Position numbers and translations under genes: made by a program
Assembly (NCBI GenBank): GCA_963728825.1
Contig: CAVSLA010000005.1
Coordinates: forward strand, 254,634-318,633
Origin: an uncultured Acidobacteriota bacterium
Lineage (GTDB): Bacteria > Acidobacteriota > Vicinamibacteria > Vicinamibacterales > CAVVIG01
Length of the DNA stretch: 64,000 nt
Reading direction: 5' to 3'
The notes under the pieces: model-generated
Told to the model about the DNA's origin: nothing
Databases searched by the model: none
What the model saw: the letters and a program-made list of their open reading frames with translations, nothing else
Shown: piece after piece, positions 1 to 14,789 of the stretch
Numbering within the stretch: position 1 is the first letter of the stretch
Layout of the letters: every line of letters begins with the position of its first letter

Positions 1-2270
<2,270 letters not shown>

Positions 2271-2392
2271 TATCGTCCGGGTGCTATCCTAACATCCGCT
2301 TCCCGAACGCGAGGACGACGACCGCACGACGCGGAGGACGTTTTCCCGTCCTGTTCCCGATACACGCGAGCGCCACGGTGCGAGCGTGTCGC

Positions 2393-2414
2393 GCGCGGGG
2401 GTGGGGCCCCGCGC
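2393..2414 (+). repeat. GC hairpin element, copy at aroB (GCGCGGGG-GTGGGG-CCCCGCGC)
   Basis: The 14-nt core GGGGGTGGGGCCCC lies at 2397-2410 and ends 12 nt before the aroB ATG (2423). It forms an 8-bp stem with a 6-nt loop. Confidence 0.75.
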
Positions 2415-2422
2415 ATTCAAAC

Positions 2423-3499
2423 ATGACTCGCATCGACGTCGACACACCGTCCCGCCGCTACGCCGTCACGCTGGATGATGGGCTCCTCGAACGGCTGCCG
2501 CGGCTGCTCGAAGAAGTGAAGGCGCCGGCGCGCCGCTTCATCGTCTCGAGCCCGCTCGTCTGGCGCTTTCACGGTGCGCGGCTGGCCAAGGTCGGCATCG
2601 GCGAGCCAATCCTCGTGCCCGACGGCGAGCGATTCAAGAACCTTCAGAACGTCTCGCGCGTCTACGAGACGCTGATTCGCGCCAACGCCGATCGCGCCTC
2701 CACGCTGCTGACATTCGGCGGCGGCGTGATCGGCGACATGGCCGGATTCGCGGCGGCCACCTACCTGCGCGGCATCGCGCTGATCCACGTGCCCACGACG
2801 CTGCTCGCCCAGGTGGATGCGTCGATCGGCGGAAAAGTCGGCGTCAACCATGCGCTCGGAAAAAATCTGATCGGGGCGTTTTATCAGCCGGCTGCCGTGG
2901 CGATCGACCCCTCGGTGCTGAACACGCTGCCGCGCCGCGAGTTCCGGGCCGGACTCTACGAGGTGATCAAGTACGGCATGACCTCGAGCCGCGAGCTGTT
3001 CGAGCAGGTGGGACGCGAGCGAACCGCGATTTTCTCGAAGGAGCCCGGTCCGCTGACGTCGGTGATTGCCGCCTCGTGCCGCATCAAAGCGACGGTCGTG
3101 GCGGCCGACGAAAAGGAGGCCGGACCGCGCCGGGTGCTGAACTTCGGGCATACGGCGGGACACGCGCTGGAGGCGGTGACGAAGTACCGCCGCTATCGCC
3201 ACGGCGAGGCGGTTGCTTACGGGATGCTCGTCGCCGCCGAGCTCGGCGTGATGCGCGGCGCCCTTGCCGCCGCCGATCGGGCTGCCCTGGCCAGCCTGAT
3301 CGCCAGCCTCGGGCCCCTCCCACCGATTGCGGATGTCACCACACGGGAGATCCTCGAGGCGATGCAGCACGACAAGAAGATGGTTGCCGGCCGGCTCAAC
3401 TTCGTCCTGCCCACGGGCATCGGCAGCACGACGATCGTCGACGACATCACGGAGAAGGAAATGAAGGCGGCGTTGGTGAAGGTCGGATTAAAGAAATAA
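2423..3499 (+). CDS. aroB: 3-dehydroquinate synthase
   Basis: ORF track 2378..3499, with an in-frame ATG at 2423 (MTRIDVDT). Motifs: GGGVIGDMAGFAAATYLRG, PTTLLAQVDASIGGKVGVNH and NFGHTAGHALE. Confidence 0.9.
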   Translation: MTRIDVDTPSRRYAVTLDDGLLERLPRLLEEVKAPARRFIVSSPLVWRFHGARLAKVGIGEPILVPDGERFKNLQNVSRVYETLIRANADRASTLLTFGGGVIGDMAGFAAATYLRGIALIHVPTTLLAQVDASIGGKVGVNHALGKNLIGAFYQPAAVAIDPSVLNTLPRREFRAGLYEVIKYGMTSSRELFEQVGRERTAIFSKEPGPLTSVIAASCRIKATVVAADEKEAGPRRVLNFGHTAGHALEAVTKYRRYRHGEAVAYGMLVAAELGVMRGALAAADRAALASLIASLGPLPPIADVTTREILEAMQHDKKMVAGRLNFVLPTGIGSTTIVDDITEKEMKAALVKVGLKK

Positions 3500-3504
3500 C
3501 CCTA

Positions 3505-3551
3505 GAGATTTCAGGATTTGAGGATTTTAGGATTTGAGGATTTGAGGATTT
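3505..3551. repeat. array of six octamer words [G/C/T]AGGATTT (left arm)
   Basis: Reads gagattt caggattt gaggattt taggattt gaggattt gaggattt, starting right after the aroB stop. Confidence 0.8.
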
Positions 3552-3553
3552 AT

Positions 3554-3607
3554 GGCGGACCTAAGAGGTCCGCCCTACGTACGTAGGCCGGGCCTCTCAG
3601 GCCCGGC
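3554..3607. terminator. bidirectional terminator region between convergent genes
   Basis: Hairpin GGCGGACC-TAAGA-GGTCCGCC at 3554-3574. Perfect 14-nt palindrome CCTACGTACGTAGG at 3574-3587. Hairpin GCCGGGCC-TCTCA-GGCCCGGC at 3587-3607. Confidence 0.55.
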
Positions 3608-3634
3608 GTTCGCGGGCGGTCCGTTCCCGTTCTG

Positions 3635-3678
3635 AAATCCTCAAATCCTGAAATCCTGAAATCTCATTTGAGGATTTA
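3635..3678. repeat. array of complementary words AAATCCT[C/G] (right arm, inverted relative to 3505-3551)
   Basis: Reads aaatcctc aaatcctg aaatcctg aaatctca, then tttgaggattta. It pairs as an inverted repeat with the left arm. Confidence 0.8.
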
Positions 3679-5416
3679 TTCCCTCATTGCCTCGAGCGCC
3701 CGCACCCCCGAACGCATCGACAGCAGCCAGGTCGCGATGCTGAGCGTGGCGACGCCGACGAATGCCAGGCCGATGCGCAGCTGATCGCCGAGCGTCAGCG
3801 GCTGCTCCCGCACCATCCTGAACAGGTAGACCGCGGACGACCACCCCAGGGCCGCGATCGTCACGATGATGAAGAGGACCGCCAGGATCATGAAGGCCAC
3901 GCCGCCGTAGGAGCCGGCGACCTGATTGGTGTCGGCGCCGAACCGCGGATATTTCGCGCCGAGGCCGATCGCCAGGCCGACCAGCGCGAAGGTCATGAAC
4001 ACGATCCCGAACGCCGACACCAGCTTCAGGAACGGATCGACGCCGAGAAACTCGTTGGCGGTGATGGTGAGCCCTTCGGTCAGGACCAGAATCGGCAGAA
4101 TGCCGGTCCAGAACTTCGACCAGAGGAAATCGCGAAACGACACCGGCGATACGCGGATGATCCAGAACGCACTGCCTTCGGCGGATACCGCCGGGAATAC
4201 GAAGCGGACCGCCACCGTCGCCAGCACGAAGCCGGCGAGGCCGAGGTTCAGAAAGGCGTAGGCGTTCTTCAGCACGCCGCTCATGTAGGGAATGCGATTC
4301 AGATCGATCGCGCGGAAGTTGTAGAGATACAACAGCACGAGCGCCAGCAGCGGCAGGAGCTGCAGCCACTGGCTGACGTCGCGCAGAAAGACCTTGACGT
4401 CTTTCACGAACAGCTGCCGCCGCACGGTCGACAGCGGCAGCACGCCGGCCACCGCATCGACCACCTTCAAGGGAGTCGACACGCGCCTTGGCCGCTTCCT
4501 GGGAGCGGCTGTAGCCGACGAACTGCCAGCGCTCGTGCGCGGCGCCCAGCATCACCGTGAACGCCAGCGCCGTCGTCCACAACGCCGAGCCGTGCAGCGC
4601 GTCGACGCCGCCATGCAGCGCGGCAAACAGCGACTCGCCGGCCCAGAACGACGGCAGCATCGGCGTGATCGGCGATTGCAGCGTCGCGAAGAAGTCGGCG
4701 ATGTCGGGGAGCGATTCGACGCGCATCAGCCGCTCGGGCTGGATGAAACGAAACACCAGCACCAGGCCGACCCCGAAAATCAGGCCGGTCAACATCAACA
4801 CGTCCCGGGCGCGCCGCGCCGGAAAGACGTTGACGATGAGCAGCGTGACGGCGGCGCCGACCGCGACCGGGATGGCCGAGAACGGCGCGACGACGACCAC
4901 GGCCGTGACGTAGAACTGCCACGGGGCGCCGCGGGCGGCGCCGACCCCGAGCAGCACCGGCGTCAGAAAGACGACGACCATCCATGAGGCCTGGATGACG
5001 GTCCGCGAGAAGCGCGCGAGAAAGAGACGACGCGAGGCGACCGGTGCCACCAGAAGCAGCCGCAGGTCGTCGGCAAGAAAGAACGTCGACAGCGACGTCA
5101 CCACGCCGCTGAAGGCGAGAAAGGCGAGAAACGATGACGAACAGCCAGGACAGGCCCAGCCGGAGCAGGAAGTCGCCGAACTCCTCGTAGCCGAGCAGCT
5201 GACCGAGTGAGCCAGTAGGCGCCGCCGAACAGCGCGGCGAACACGCCGATGCCGATGCCGCCGAAGATGGCGACCCGCACGAAGATCGCCGCGGTCGGCG
5301 CGCCGGGCGCGATTGCGCGAGGCGAGCAGGTGCGGCGCGAGCAGAAACGGAAACGCCGGGCCCTGGACCGCGCTGACCCGAGGGCCGTGGCCCGAGGGGA
5401 GCCAAAGACCCGTCAT
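3676..5416 (-). pseudogene. ABC-2 type exporter permease; reading frame interrupted about 4 times (true decay or consensus indel errors)
   Basis: Good membrane-protein translation, but it is spread over ORFs 3641..5416, 5098..5280, 4467..5429 and 3676..4482. Frame hops lie near 5315, 5208, 5133 and 4485. The start ATG at 5416 overlaps the upstream ATPase stop (ATGA). Confidence 0.6.
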
Positions 5417-6171
5417 ACGGCCTCGTCAATCTCCTGCAGCGCAGACCCGCCGGTCAGCTTCAGGAACACCGATGTCAGCTGATCGTCCTCGCCGCCGGCG
5501 AGCGCGCGCACCTCGTCGACGGTGCCGCTGGCGACGATCCGCCCTTTGTTGATGATGCTCAGTCGATGGCAGACTTCCTGCGCCACTTCGAGCGTATGGG
5601 TGCTCATCAGGATCGCCACGCCGCTCTCGCTCATCCGGCGGAAGACGTCCTTGATCAGCCGCGCGCCTCGCGGATCGAGGCCCGACCATCGGTTCGTCGA
5701 CCGCGACGGCACGCGGCCGGTGAAGAAACGCGGCGCTCATCACCAGCCGCTGCTTCATGCCGTGTGAGAAGCTCTCGATCAGCTCGTTCTCCCAGCGCCG
5801 CAGCTCGAACAGGTCGAGCATCTCGTGAACGCGACTCATGACGCCGTTGCCGTTCAAGCCGTACAAGCCCGCCATGAAATCGGAGAAACTCGCCGGCGGT
5901 CAGCTTCTCGTAGATGAACGGGCCGATCGGGGATGAAGCCGAGTGAGCGCCTTGGCGGCTTCCGGCGCCGCCGCCAGATCGTGGCCGTTGACGATCACCC
6001 GGCCGGCCGTCGGTTTCAACAGGCCGGCAATCATCCGCAGCGTCGTCGTCTTGCCGGCGCCGTTCGGCCCGAGGAAGCCATGAATCTCCCCTTCGGTTCG
6101 ACGGTAATGTTGACGTGATCGACGGCCGTGAACCGGCCGTACTGTTTGACGAGATCGTGGACGGCAATCAT
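5413..6171 (-). pseudogene. ABC transporter ATP-binding protein; reading frame interrupted 5 times
   Basis: The frame-walk gives [14 protein letters not shown]...[23 protein letters not shown]...[20 protein letters not shown]...SHGMKQRLVMSAAF...VDEPMVGLDPRG...LMSTHTLEVA. Hops lie at mononucleotide runs near 6088-6091, 5950, 5921, 5878 and 5682. Confidence 0.65.
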
Positions 6172-7721
6172 GGTGCCCCTCGCCCGACGAGAATCGGCGT
6201 CGCCCCGGCGCTCGAGCTCGACGTCGAGCACGTCCATCCTCAGGCGGCCGATCATCGGCAGAATCGCCGCCTGCTTGTCGAGTCCTCCGCGCGCGAGGCG
6301 AACGTGCGTCGCATCCGCTGGGAACTGATTGAACGTCGGATCAACGGGCAGCCAGAGCCCGCGGCCGCCATCCTCGAGATACACCTCCGGCCAGGCGTGA
6401 TAGTAGAAGGCGCCCTGGATCCCGCGGACGTAGGCCAGTCCGACGGCGATCCGCGCCGGGATGCCAAGCGCGCGGGCCAGCGCGACATACAACGCCGTGT
6501 GCTCGTTGCAGTCGCCGACTTTCGTCCGCAGCACCTCGCGCGCGGACGGCAGGCTGACGGTCGGCTTCTTGTCGAGGATGGCATTGACGTGACGGGTCAG
6601 CCGCTCGGCTTCTCTCGAGCGGTTGCCGGCACGCCCGCCACCGCCGCTTCGGCTTCCGCGCGGATTTCGGGAGCATCACTTTCGATGAGCGGCTCCGGGA
6701 CGGAGGTGCTTCGCGCATCGGGATCCGGCGCGCCCGGCGACGAAGTGACCGGGCGTCGACGATATCGACGACGTCGCCGGCGATCGTCTGGCCCGACGCC
6801 CTGCAGCTCGGGGTGCGACAGATCGGCGCCGGTCAAGCGGAACCGCAGACGACGCACGTCGCGCGGCTCGTCAATCCGCTGCTTCATGATCGGCACGACC
6901 GCCGAGAGCCTGAGGAGGTCGGTCTGGACACGCTGCGGGACCGCCAAGCCGTCGGGCCGTCTCCGCCGGTTCCTGGATGGTCATCAGGCCGAGCGGACTC
7001 TCTTCTCGCACGACCTCTCCGGTGTCGGTGACCCACGCGGTCGTCTGCAATCCCTTGAACGATCATCTCGACGCGGAACGCCGGGCACGCTGGTATTGCC
7101 CGCCCTCACGATGGCGCGGCTGCCAACAATCGCTTCCACCGGTGCGTTGGTCAGCGTCGCCGGATCGAACATGCGTCCACTGGTGCCGCGCCCCAGGGAA
7201 CAAGTCCGCTGTTGGCAAGAATCCGCGAGAAGTTGAGGTTCATCGTCGGCGGTTCTGCCAGCTCGATCACTTGCTGCCGGGTGGCGCCGCCCGATGTGAT
7301 GTCGACCGTCAGGCGGCAGTGCGTCGCTCGACAGGCGACGGGCGTTCGACCGATCCGCGAATCGCAATCGCGCCGGTGCCGGGATCGAGCGAGAACTCGA
7401 ACGACCGCAGCGCGAAGTCTCGGTCGACTTCGCGCCGTCGTCTTCATCACCGCGGCGGTCGTCGCGCCGAGCAACGACATCTGGAGCTGACCGTCTTCTT
7501 GAATCCGGAACCCGTTCTCCGAATCCGGGTGGTCTGACGGACGGTGAATCCGATCTTCTCGCCGCGGTAGTAGACGCCGTGCCAGACGGCGGTCGGACCG
7601 TATTGCGCGAGGTTGGCCGACAGCGCGCCGGGCGAGGCCTGACAGGTACGCGCGGTTGATCGACGACCGCCATGCAGCCGACCCACGCCAACAGCATCGC
7701 GAAGGACAGCGGTCGGGTCAT
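6168..7721 (-). pseudogene. transglutaminase-like protein with an N-terminal signal/anchor; about a dozen frame interruptions
   Basis: MTRPLSFAMLLAWVGCMAVV at the start. The transglutaminase core is GDCNEHTALYVALARALGIPARIAVGLAYV...AFYYHAWPEVYLED...[21 protein letters not shown] counted about 13 hops by hand. The likely stop TGA at 6168-6170 overlaps the ATPase ATG. Confidence 0.5.
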
Positions 7722-7747
7722 CGAGCGCGGCAGCGGCCTGAGGAGCC

Positions 7748-9158
<1,411 letters not shown>

Positions 9159-9169
9159 CAGCGACCGCT

Positions 9170-9716
9170 TCAGCGCAACCAGCCAGCGGGCACGCCGGCC
9201 CGGCGCGCTTCTTCTTCCAGGTCGGCGATGGCTTTCTTGCCTGCTTCGATTTGCGCTTTCAGCCGCTCGAGCTCGGCCGTTGCCTTCTGGCGGTCATTGG
9301 CGATCACGGCTCTCTGCGCGGGATCGTCACGATTCACGAAGTCGGCAGAAAGGGAGTTGACCCGTGTCTGGAGCGCCTCGACATACGTCTGATCGCGTTG
9401 GAGCTGGGTGCGCAGCTCGTTCATGCGGCCCGACCAATAGGCCTGATCTTTCGCAGGCTCCTGGTCCGCTGGTTTTTGGGTTTCCTTCGCCGCCGCCGGA
9501 TCCGTCGGATCGGCCGGTTTGGGCGGGAGGCGGAGCGGCCGTCCCGGGCGGCAGCGTCCCGAGGTCTTTGTTCGTGTAGACCTTGCCCGTGGCCTTGACG
9601 GTCTTGCGCCGATCTTCTTCCTTTTTCGCCGCATCAGCCAGCGACTGCCCACGCAAGGCCGTACCGCAGAGCCCGACGATCGCGAGGGTGACGAGTGCGG
9701 GAATGTGCAGGCGCAT
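9170..9716 (-). pseudogene. secreted coiled-coil protein, one frame interruption near 9525
   Basis: ORF 9327..9716 gives the signal peptide MRLHIPALVTLAIVGLCGTALRGQS. ORF 9170..9652 gives a heptad-rich C-terminus (LRTQLQRDQTYVEALQTRVNSL...[22 protein letters not shown]). Confidence 0.45.
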
Positions 9717-9764
9717 GGCTACCCAGACGAGATATCGGTCCCAAACCCATTCTAGCGTAGGGGA

Positions 9765-10721
9765 TCAACGCCCTCGTGGCCCGGCGACGGTGCTACGAGC
9801 CCGGCGCCGGCGAGGCATTTGCGCGCCGGTTGCAGCGGTCAGGGCCTGGACGTGAGCCTTGACCTTGCCGGCATCGGGCGCATTTGGTTCCATCTTCAGA
9901 TAAGTCTCGAACGCCTTGCGCGCTTCGGGCAGCCGGCCAGCGGCCTGCAGGGTGTTGCCGAGGGCGAGGTGGAAACTGGCTTCGGCCGGGGCGAGCTGAA
10001 TCGCCGCTTCGAACGCGACGATGGCAGCCGGATAGTTGCCCACCCGATGAAGAGCGAGCGCCAGGTTGAACTGTGTGGCGTAGTCTTCCGGGAACAGCCG
10101 CGCGGCCTCCCGATACTCCTCGATCGCCCGTTCCCAGTCCCCCTGTCGGCCGACGGCGTGCGCCAGATTGAAGTGATAGGCCCAGCGGTCGGGGGCCAGC
10201 TTGATGGCCAGCTCGAATCGCTCGATCGCACCGGCGACGTCGCCCTGCCGGTCGAGGATCTGCCCGATGTTGTTCAGCGCCTCGGGATCGTCGGGCTTGC
10301 GTTCCAGGGCGCTTTCGAACTGCTGCCGAGCCTTTTGCAGATCGCCCGAAAGGTAGGCGGCGGTCGCGGACCGCGAAAGGTCGAGGAACTCACCGGGTGC
10401 GGCAACGCTGTTGCTTCGATCCGCCCCCGGCGCACTCGGCGCGGACGCCGGCGCGGCGGCGGTCTGCGACAGGCTCGGCGCCGGGCGATCGGCCTGCGCA
10501 TCGTCGTGAATACTCTCGGGACGGTTGAGCCACGCGAGCGCCCCCACCATCAGAATTGCGATCACCGCGGCACCCGCCATCAGGCGCTGTTGTATGCCGG
10601 TGAGCTTCTGGATGCGCGGCGGCTCCGGTGCCGCAACCAGAATCTGATTGCAGCGCAGACAGCGGTCCCGATCCGATTGAATCCGCGCGCCGCATGCGGC
10701 GCAGGTGACAAAGTTCGGCAC
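9765..10721 (-). CDS. membrane-anchored TPR-repeat protein with an N-terminal zinc-ribbon
   Basis: ORF track, 318 aa. CAACGARIQSDRDRCLRCN zinc-ribbon, one TM segment (AGAAVIAILMVGALAWL), then several TPR-like repeats. Confidence 0.6.
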   Translation of the reverse strand: MPNFVTCAACGARIQSDRDRCLRCNQILVAAPEPPRIQKLTGIQQRLMAGAAVIAILMVGALAWLNRPESIHDDAQADRPAPSLSQTAAAPASAPSAPGADRSNSVAAPGEFLDLSRSATAAYLSGDLQKARQQFESALERKPDDPEALNNIGQILDRQGDVAGAIERFELAIKLAPDRWAYHFNLAHAVGRQGDWERAIEEYREAARLFPEDYATQFNLALALHRVGNYPAAIVAFEAAIQLAPAEASFHLALGNTLQAAGRLPEARKAFETYLKMEPNAPDAGKVKAHVQALTAATGAQMPRRRRARSTVAGPRGR

Positions 10722-10727
10722 GCGTCG

Positions 10728-13700
10728 TTACCTTACTTCGCGCCAGGAGAGGATCCGGACTCCCGCCTGGCCGATGCCGTTGTTGTAGTCGGTCGAATCG
10801 CCGAACATCTGAACCTTCGAGCCGCCGGCGCCAAACACCAGATGCTGGTCGACGATGAACGGCGCCGTGGCGCGCTGCCCGGCGATGGTCTTGACGAGCG
10901 GCGTGTCCTGTTTCGAGTTGACGACGTTGTCGCCGGTGTTGTCGTAGGCCGGTCCGCCGATGAAAGTGAACGCGTAGAGCCGCGCATCCGGCGCCGAGCA
11001 CAGCTGGTTGAGCAAGGTCGTCGTGAAAAAGACGATGTCGCCGGCGACCGCCGGGAAGGCGGTCACCCGTTCGTCCGAGGTGATGGTCGTCCCGGCAGAC
11101 GTCTTGGCCAGCAGCTTCTCGAATGTCTTGCTGCCGCTCGCCCCACCGTCGAGGATGCCGAGCAGGCGATAAAAGGTGTTCTTGTCGGTCTGTGGCAACA
11201 GATCCGAGCCGGTACCGAAGAACACGTACTGGTTGGTGCTGACCGTCACGGTCGCCATCGAGTTGTAGATCGGCTGATCCGATCCGGCGGAGTACAGCCT
11301 GGTCGTGGTGTTGATGGTCGGCGTGGTGCCACTCAGCCCGACGTCGAAGCGCCACAAGTTGCCGTCGAGATCGCCGACATAAATTTTTGTCACGAAGCGT
11401 GAATCGCTTGGACCGGTCGCCACCGGATCGGTCTGCAGGGCATTTTTGCTGCGCAGGCATCCGGCTGCGCCGTTGTCGGTCGCGCAGTTGTTGTTGGTCT
11501 CGTTCACGCCGTCGCTGCCCACGTCCTTGCTGGCGTGAACGACGCCGGTTTTGGCGTCAACGATGTAAAACGTCGTGCCGGCGACCGTGCCGCCGCGATT
11601 GGCCTGCTGCTGCACCGAGAACGGCAGGAAACCCGAGCCGAGCATGACCGTGTAGGGGCCGGTCGGCCCGTAGATCTGGCCGACCGCGGGGTCGGACCAG
11701 GTCTGCCCGACGCTCTTCTCGACAGCGGTCGCGGTGGCCGACAGATCGCCGTAGGTCCCAATCGTCGGATCGAACTTGGTGTAGGACGGGAACGACCAGT
11801 TGAGCGTGATGCGGTTCGCGTTCGAGAAATAGTTGAGAACCTGATCGACTGTGGGTGTGACGTCGGCGTCGCCGCCCAGCACGTCTTCCATGTCGTCCAT
11901 CGTCACGTCGAAGGATTGATAGAACGTGCCACCGGGACCCTCACCGATGATCAGCGAGGTCCGCCATTTGTCGTCGTACTTCACGTCGGAAATCTTTGGC
12001 GAGCTGTCGACGAAATGGGCAAAGGCGCCGACCGGCTGGCCGTCGACGAGCGTCTTCAGCTTCGGCAGCAGGTTCAGCTGGAATGAAGCCCCACACTTCG
12101 ACGCCGAGCCGCGCGTCGATCGCTTCGAGCATGCCGCTGTTGGTCCCGACCCACACGATCGATCGCCGCTTCTCGTTGTCCGAGCGGAAAGCCGGATAGT
12201 CGGCATCGGGCGGCGGATCGAGCGACGGCGGATTCATCATCGCTGGCGTCGAGCTGACGATGGCGCCGAGCGGCATGGCCCGCACGGCGTTGATGACGGT
12301 GGTCGCATCGGCCACGCTCATGTTCATCATCGGCGCGAGGGTGGCGACGTTGTCGGTATGAAAAGCGATCATCGCGCCGGCCGCGGTCGTGGTGTAGAGG
12401 TTGCGGCGCGTGACGTCCGGCGCGGCGGCACAGGCCGAACCGGGCGCGCAGGCCTGCCAGAGCAGCGTTCCGTCGGACACGAATTTGTAGCCTGACGGCT
12501 GGCTGCCGTCGGTGACCGGCTTGTAGACCCGGAAGCCGCGCAGCAGGCCGTCGAATCCCGGCAGCGAAAAGCCCGCCGTGACGAGCAGATTCGAGCGGAG
12601 CGGAATCTTCACGCCCTGTTTGTCGAGGATGTTGGTCGAGTCCGGAACGAGCGCGGCGCCAGTGATGTCGCGCGCGGCGTCGAGGTTGACGCTGCCGATG
12701 ATCGGGCTGGTCACCTGATGTTCCGTCATGCGGCCGATCGGCGGGTAGATGGTCGGCAGCGTGTTGAAGTCGCTGGCGTCGGCAAAGGCGTGCTGAATCG
12801 CGATGTTCACCGCCTTGACGACCTCCGGCACGATCATCGTGCCCGCTGGCGCCGTGACGCCGGCGGTCGACAGCTGCGCCGGCGAGTTGAATGCGGCGTC
12901 GATCATCGCCTTGGTGATCTCGAAGTACTGCCCGCCGGTCCTGGTGGCGACGGCGCGCAGCCCGGCCACCTCGTTCATGGCCGGTGCAATGGCGATCACA
13001 TACACCGGCACGCGGCGGCCGCTGATGTTGAGAAAGCTGGCGGAGGCGGCGTCGAGGGCCGTGTTGTCCAGGCCGCTCGTCGTCCCCTCTCCGCCACCGG
13101 TGACGAGCACGACCACCGTGTTGCGGCACGTCGGATCGTTGTTGAGCGCAATCAGCCGCGCCGCTTCCGTCCGGGCGTCATCCAGCATCAGCTTGACCGG
13201 CGCGTCGATAGTGTTGAGGTCGTCGTTGCCGGCCGGCAGCAGCCCGCCGGCGGCCCTGGTGCTGCGACCGAGCATCGTCATCACATCAGCCGGCGTCTGA
13301 AGGTCGGCCCGCGCCATCACGACGCCGGTCGTGTTCGACGCGCCGTTGTTGGTCGCGCCGACGCTTGGTCGCGAAATCGGCCAACGGCCGAGGAGCGACC
13401 CGGACTCGGTAATGAGCTGCGCCATGTCAGCCACTGCGACCGGCCCGGCGTTGCCCTGCGTGGCGAGCGCGGGGTTGGTCTGACGCATCTTCAACAATCC
13501 GAAGCGCGCGACGGTCTTGTTCTCGTCGACGGCCTGGTAGAGGGCGGCACGGGCGACCGACATCCGCGTCTGCGCCTCGAACAGCGCATACATCAGCGGC
13601 AGCCGATCGCCGACGGTCTGAATCGTCGTCGCGTTGAACTTGTCGCCGCCGTTGTTCGAGTGCTCGAGGTTGTTGTAGCGGCGGCGATAGAAGAACTGCG

Positions 13701-13992
13701 TGTTGGCGTCGGTCACCCCGAGGTTCTGCTGCCACAGCGGATTCCCGGGGTTCTTGGCGTAGATGAACGGGTCGTAGTAGTGGCTGCTGGCGATCGACGT
13801 CGCCACGTTGGTCGGATTGGTCGGCGCGCTCCGCTGCATGCGGTGCGACGTGTCGACGACGAACAAGACGTTGGGCGGTGCGGTCTTCAGAAACAGCAGC
13901 GGATCGACCTGCGCCACGGCAGGCGAGGCCGCCGCCACCACGAATAGCGCGGACGCCACCGCCCGCACGGGAAAAGGCAGCCGGGGACTCAT
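10728..13992 (-). pseudogene. pilY1: PilY1-like type IV pilus tip-associated protein with an N-terminal vWA-like domain; one frame interruption near 12080
   Basis: ORF 11941..14400 from MSPRLPFPV (13992) supplies the signal peptide and a vWA-like region (VLFVVDTSHRM). It joins ORF 10728..12206 (PilY1 beta-propeller-like C-terminus, IYVGDLDGNLWRFD) across the junction ...GVEVWGFIP/LNLLPKLKTL. Confidence 0.6.
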
Positions 13993-14789
13993 TACGACAC
14001 TCCTCCTGAGCCCGACAGCGTTTGCATGTCGAGCTTCTTGCCGGGCGATTGCACGGCGGCCTTGCGCGCGCGACGATTCTGTTCGTCCTGGCCGCGCTGG
14101 CCGGTGTAGCCGCGTTCGAGCTCCGTCGTGTCCGTCTTGGCAATGGTCATTTCGATGACCTTGTAGGCGCCGCGCGGCCCGAACGCCTCCGCCCGCAGGG
14201 CGATGACCCCGCGACCCGGGTTCTTGTCCGCCGGCGCAACCGGCGCCCCGCCGTCGCCGAGCGGGTTGTCGTCGGTCTCGGACGGGTCGTCGCCGATCAG
14301 AACCACGACATAGAACGGTGAGTTGATGGTGTCGGTCGGCAGCAGGTCCGCCACGTTGCCGTAGGCGAAGAGCTGCCAGCGTGGATTGTTCACCGTCCAT
14401 GGCCGCATGTCGGTGTAGGTATCCATCTCCCCAGCCGAACAGGTGGTCGCTTTCTCGCAGTTGGCAAAGCTCAGAATCTGGCTGAGATCGACCTTGGTAC
14501 CGTCCGGCAGCGTCCGTTCACCGGACGGCGGACCGTCGATGAACCCTGACTGCAGCGAGCCGTCGAGCAGCTTGTTCCAGTCGGGAATCGTCAGCAGGTC
14601 GTCCATCGATCGCTCGAGGATCGCGTCGGCCGCGTATAGTGCTTCACCGCCGGCCCTGAAATTCCCCGAGATCATCGTCTCGGAGGACGTCGTCAGCACG
14701 AGCGACATTCCGAGAGCAGTCATCAGCATCATCGCCATCAGGGCGACGATGACCGCCATGCCGTCTTCACGCCGGAGTTGTCTGGTCAT
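13992..14789 (-). CDS. pilX: PilX-like minor pilus assembly protein (set 1)
   Basis: ORF track, 265 aa. Hydrophobic N-terminus GMAVIVALMAMMLMTALGMSLVL. It follows pilW with 4-nt coupling and has a paralog at 17301..17900. Confidence 0.55.
   Translation of the reverse strand: MTRQLRREDGMAVIVALMAMMLMTALGMSLVLTTSSETMISGNFRAGGEALYAADAILERSMDDLLTIPDWNKLLDGSLQSGFIDGPPSGERTLPDGTKVDLSQILSFANCEKATTCSAGEMDTYTDMRPWTVNNPRWQLFAYGNVADLLPTDTINSPFYVVVLIGDDPSETDDNPLGDGGAPVAPADKNPGRGVIALRAEAFGPRGAYKVIEMTIAKTDTTELERGYTGQRGQDEQNRRARKAAVQSPGKKLDMQTLSGSGGVS

Noticed and set aside
3641-5416. Treating ORF 3641..5416 (591 aa) as one intact protein.
   Set aside because: Only its middle third has membrane-protein character. 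The N- and C-terminal thirds are Arg-rich nonsense, while the neighbouring frames carry the real sequence.
6031-6534. Apparent fusion of the transglutaminase C-terminus to the ABC ATPase N-terminus in one ORF.
   Set aside because: It is a read-through created by a frame disruption near the transglutaminase 3' end. In the neighbouring frame the protein ends at a TGA that overlaps the ATPase ATG (ATGA), the usual coupling.
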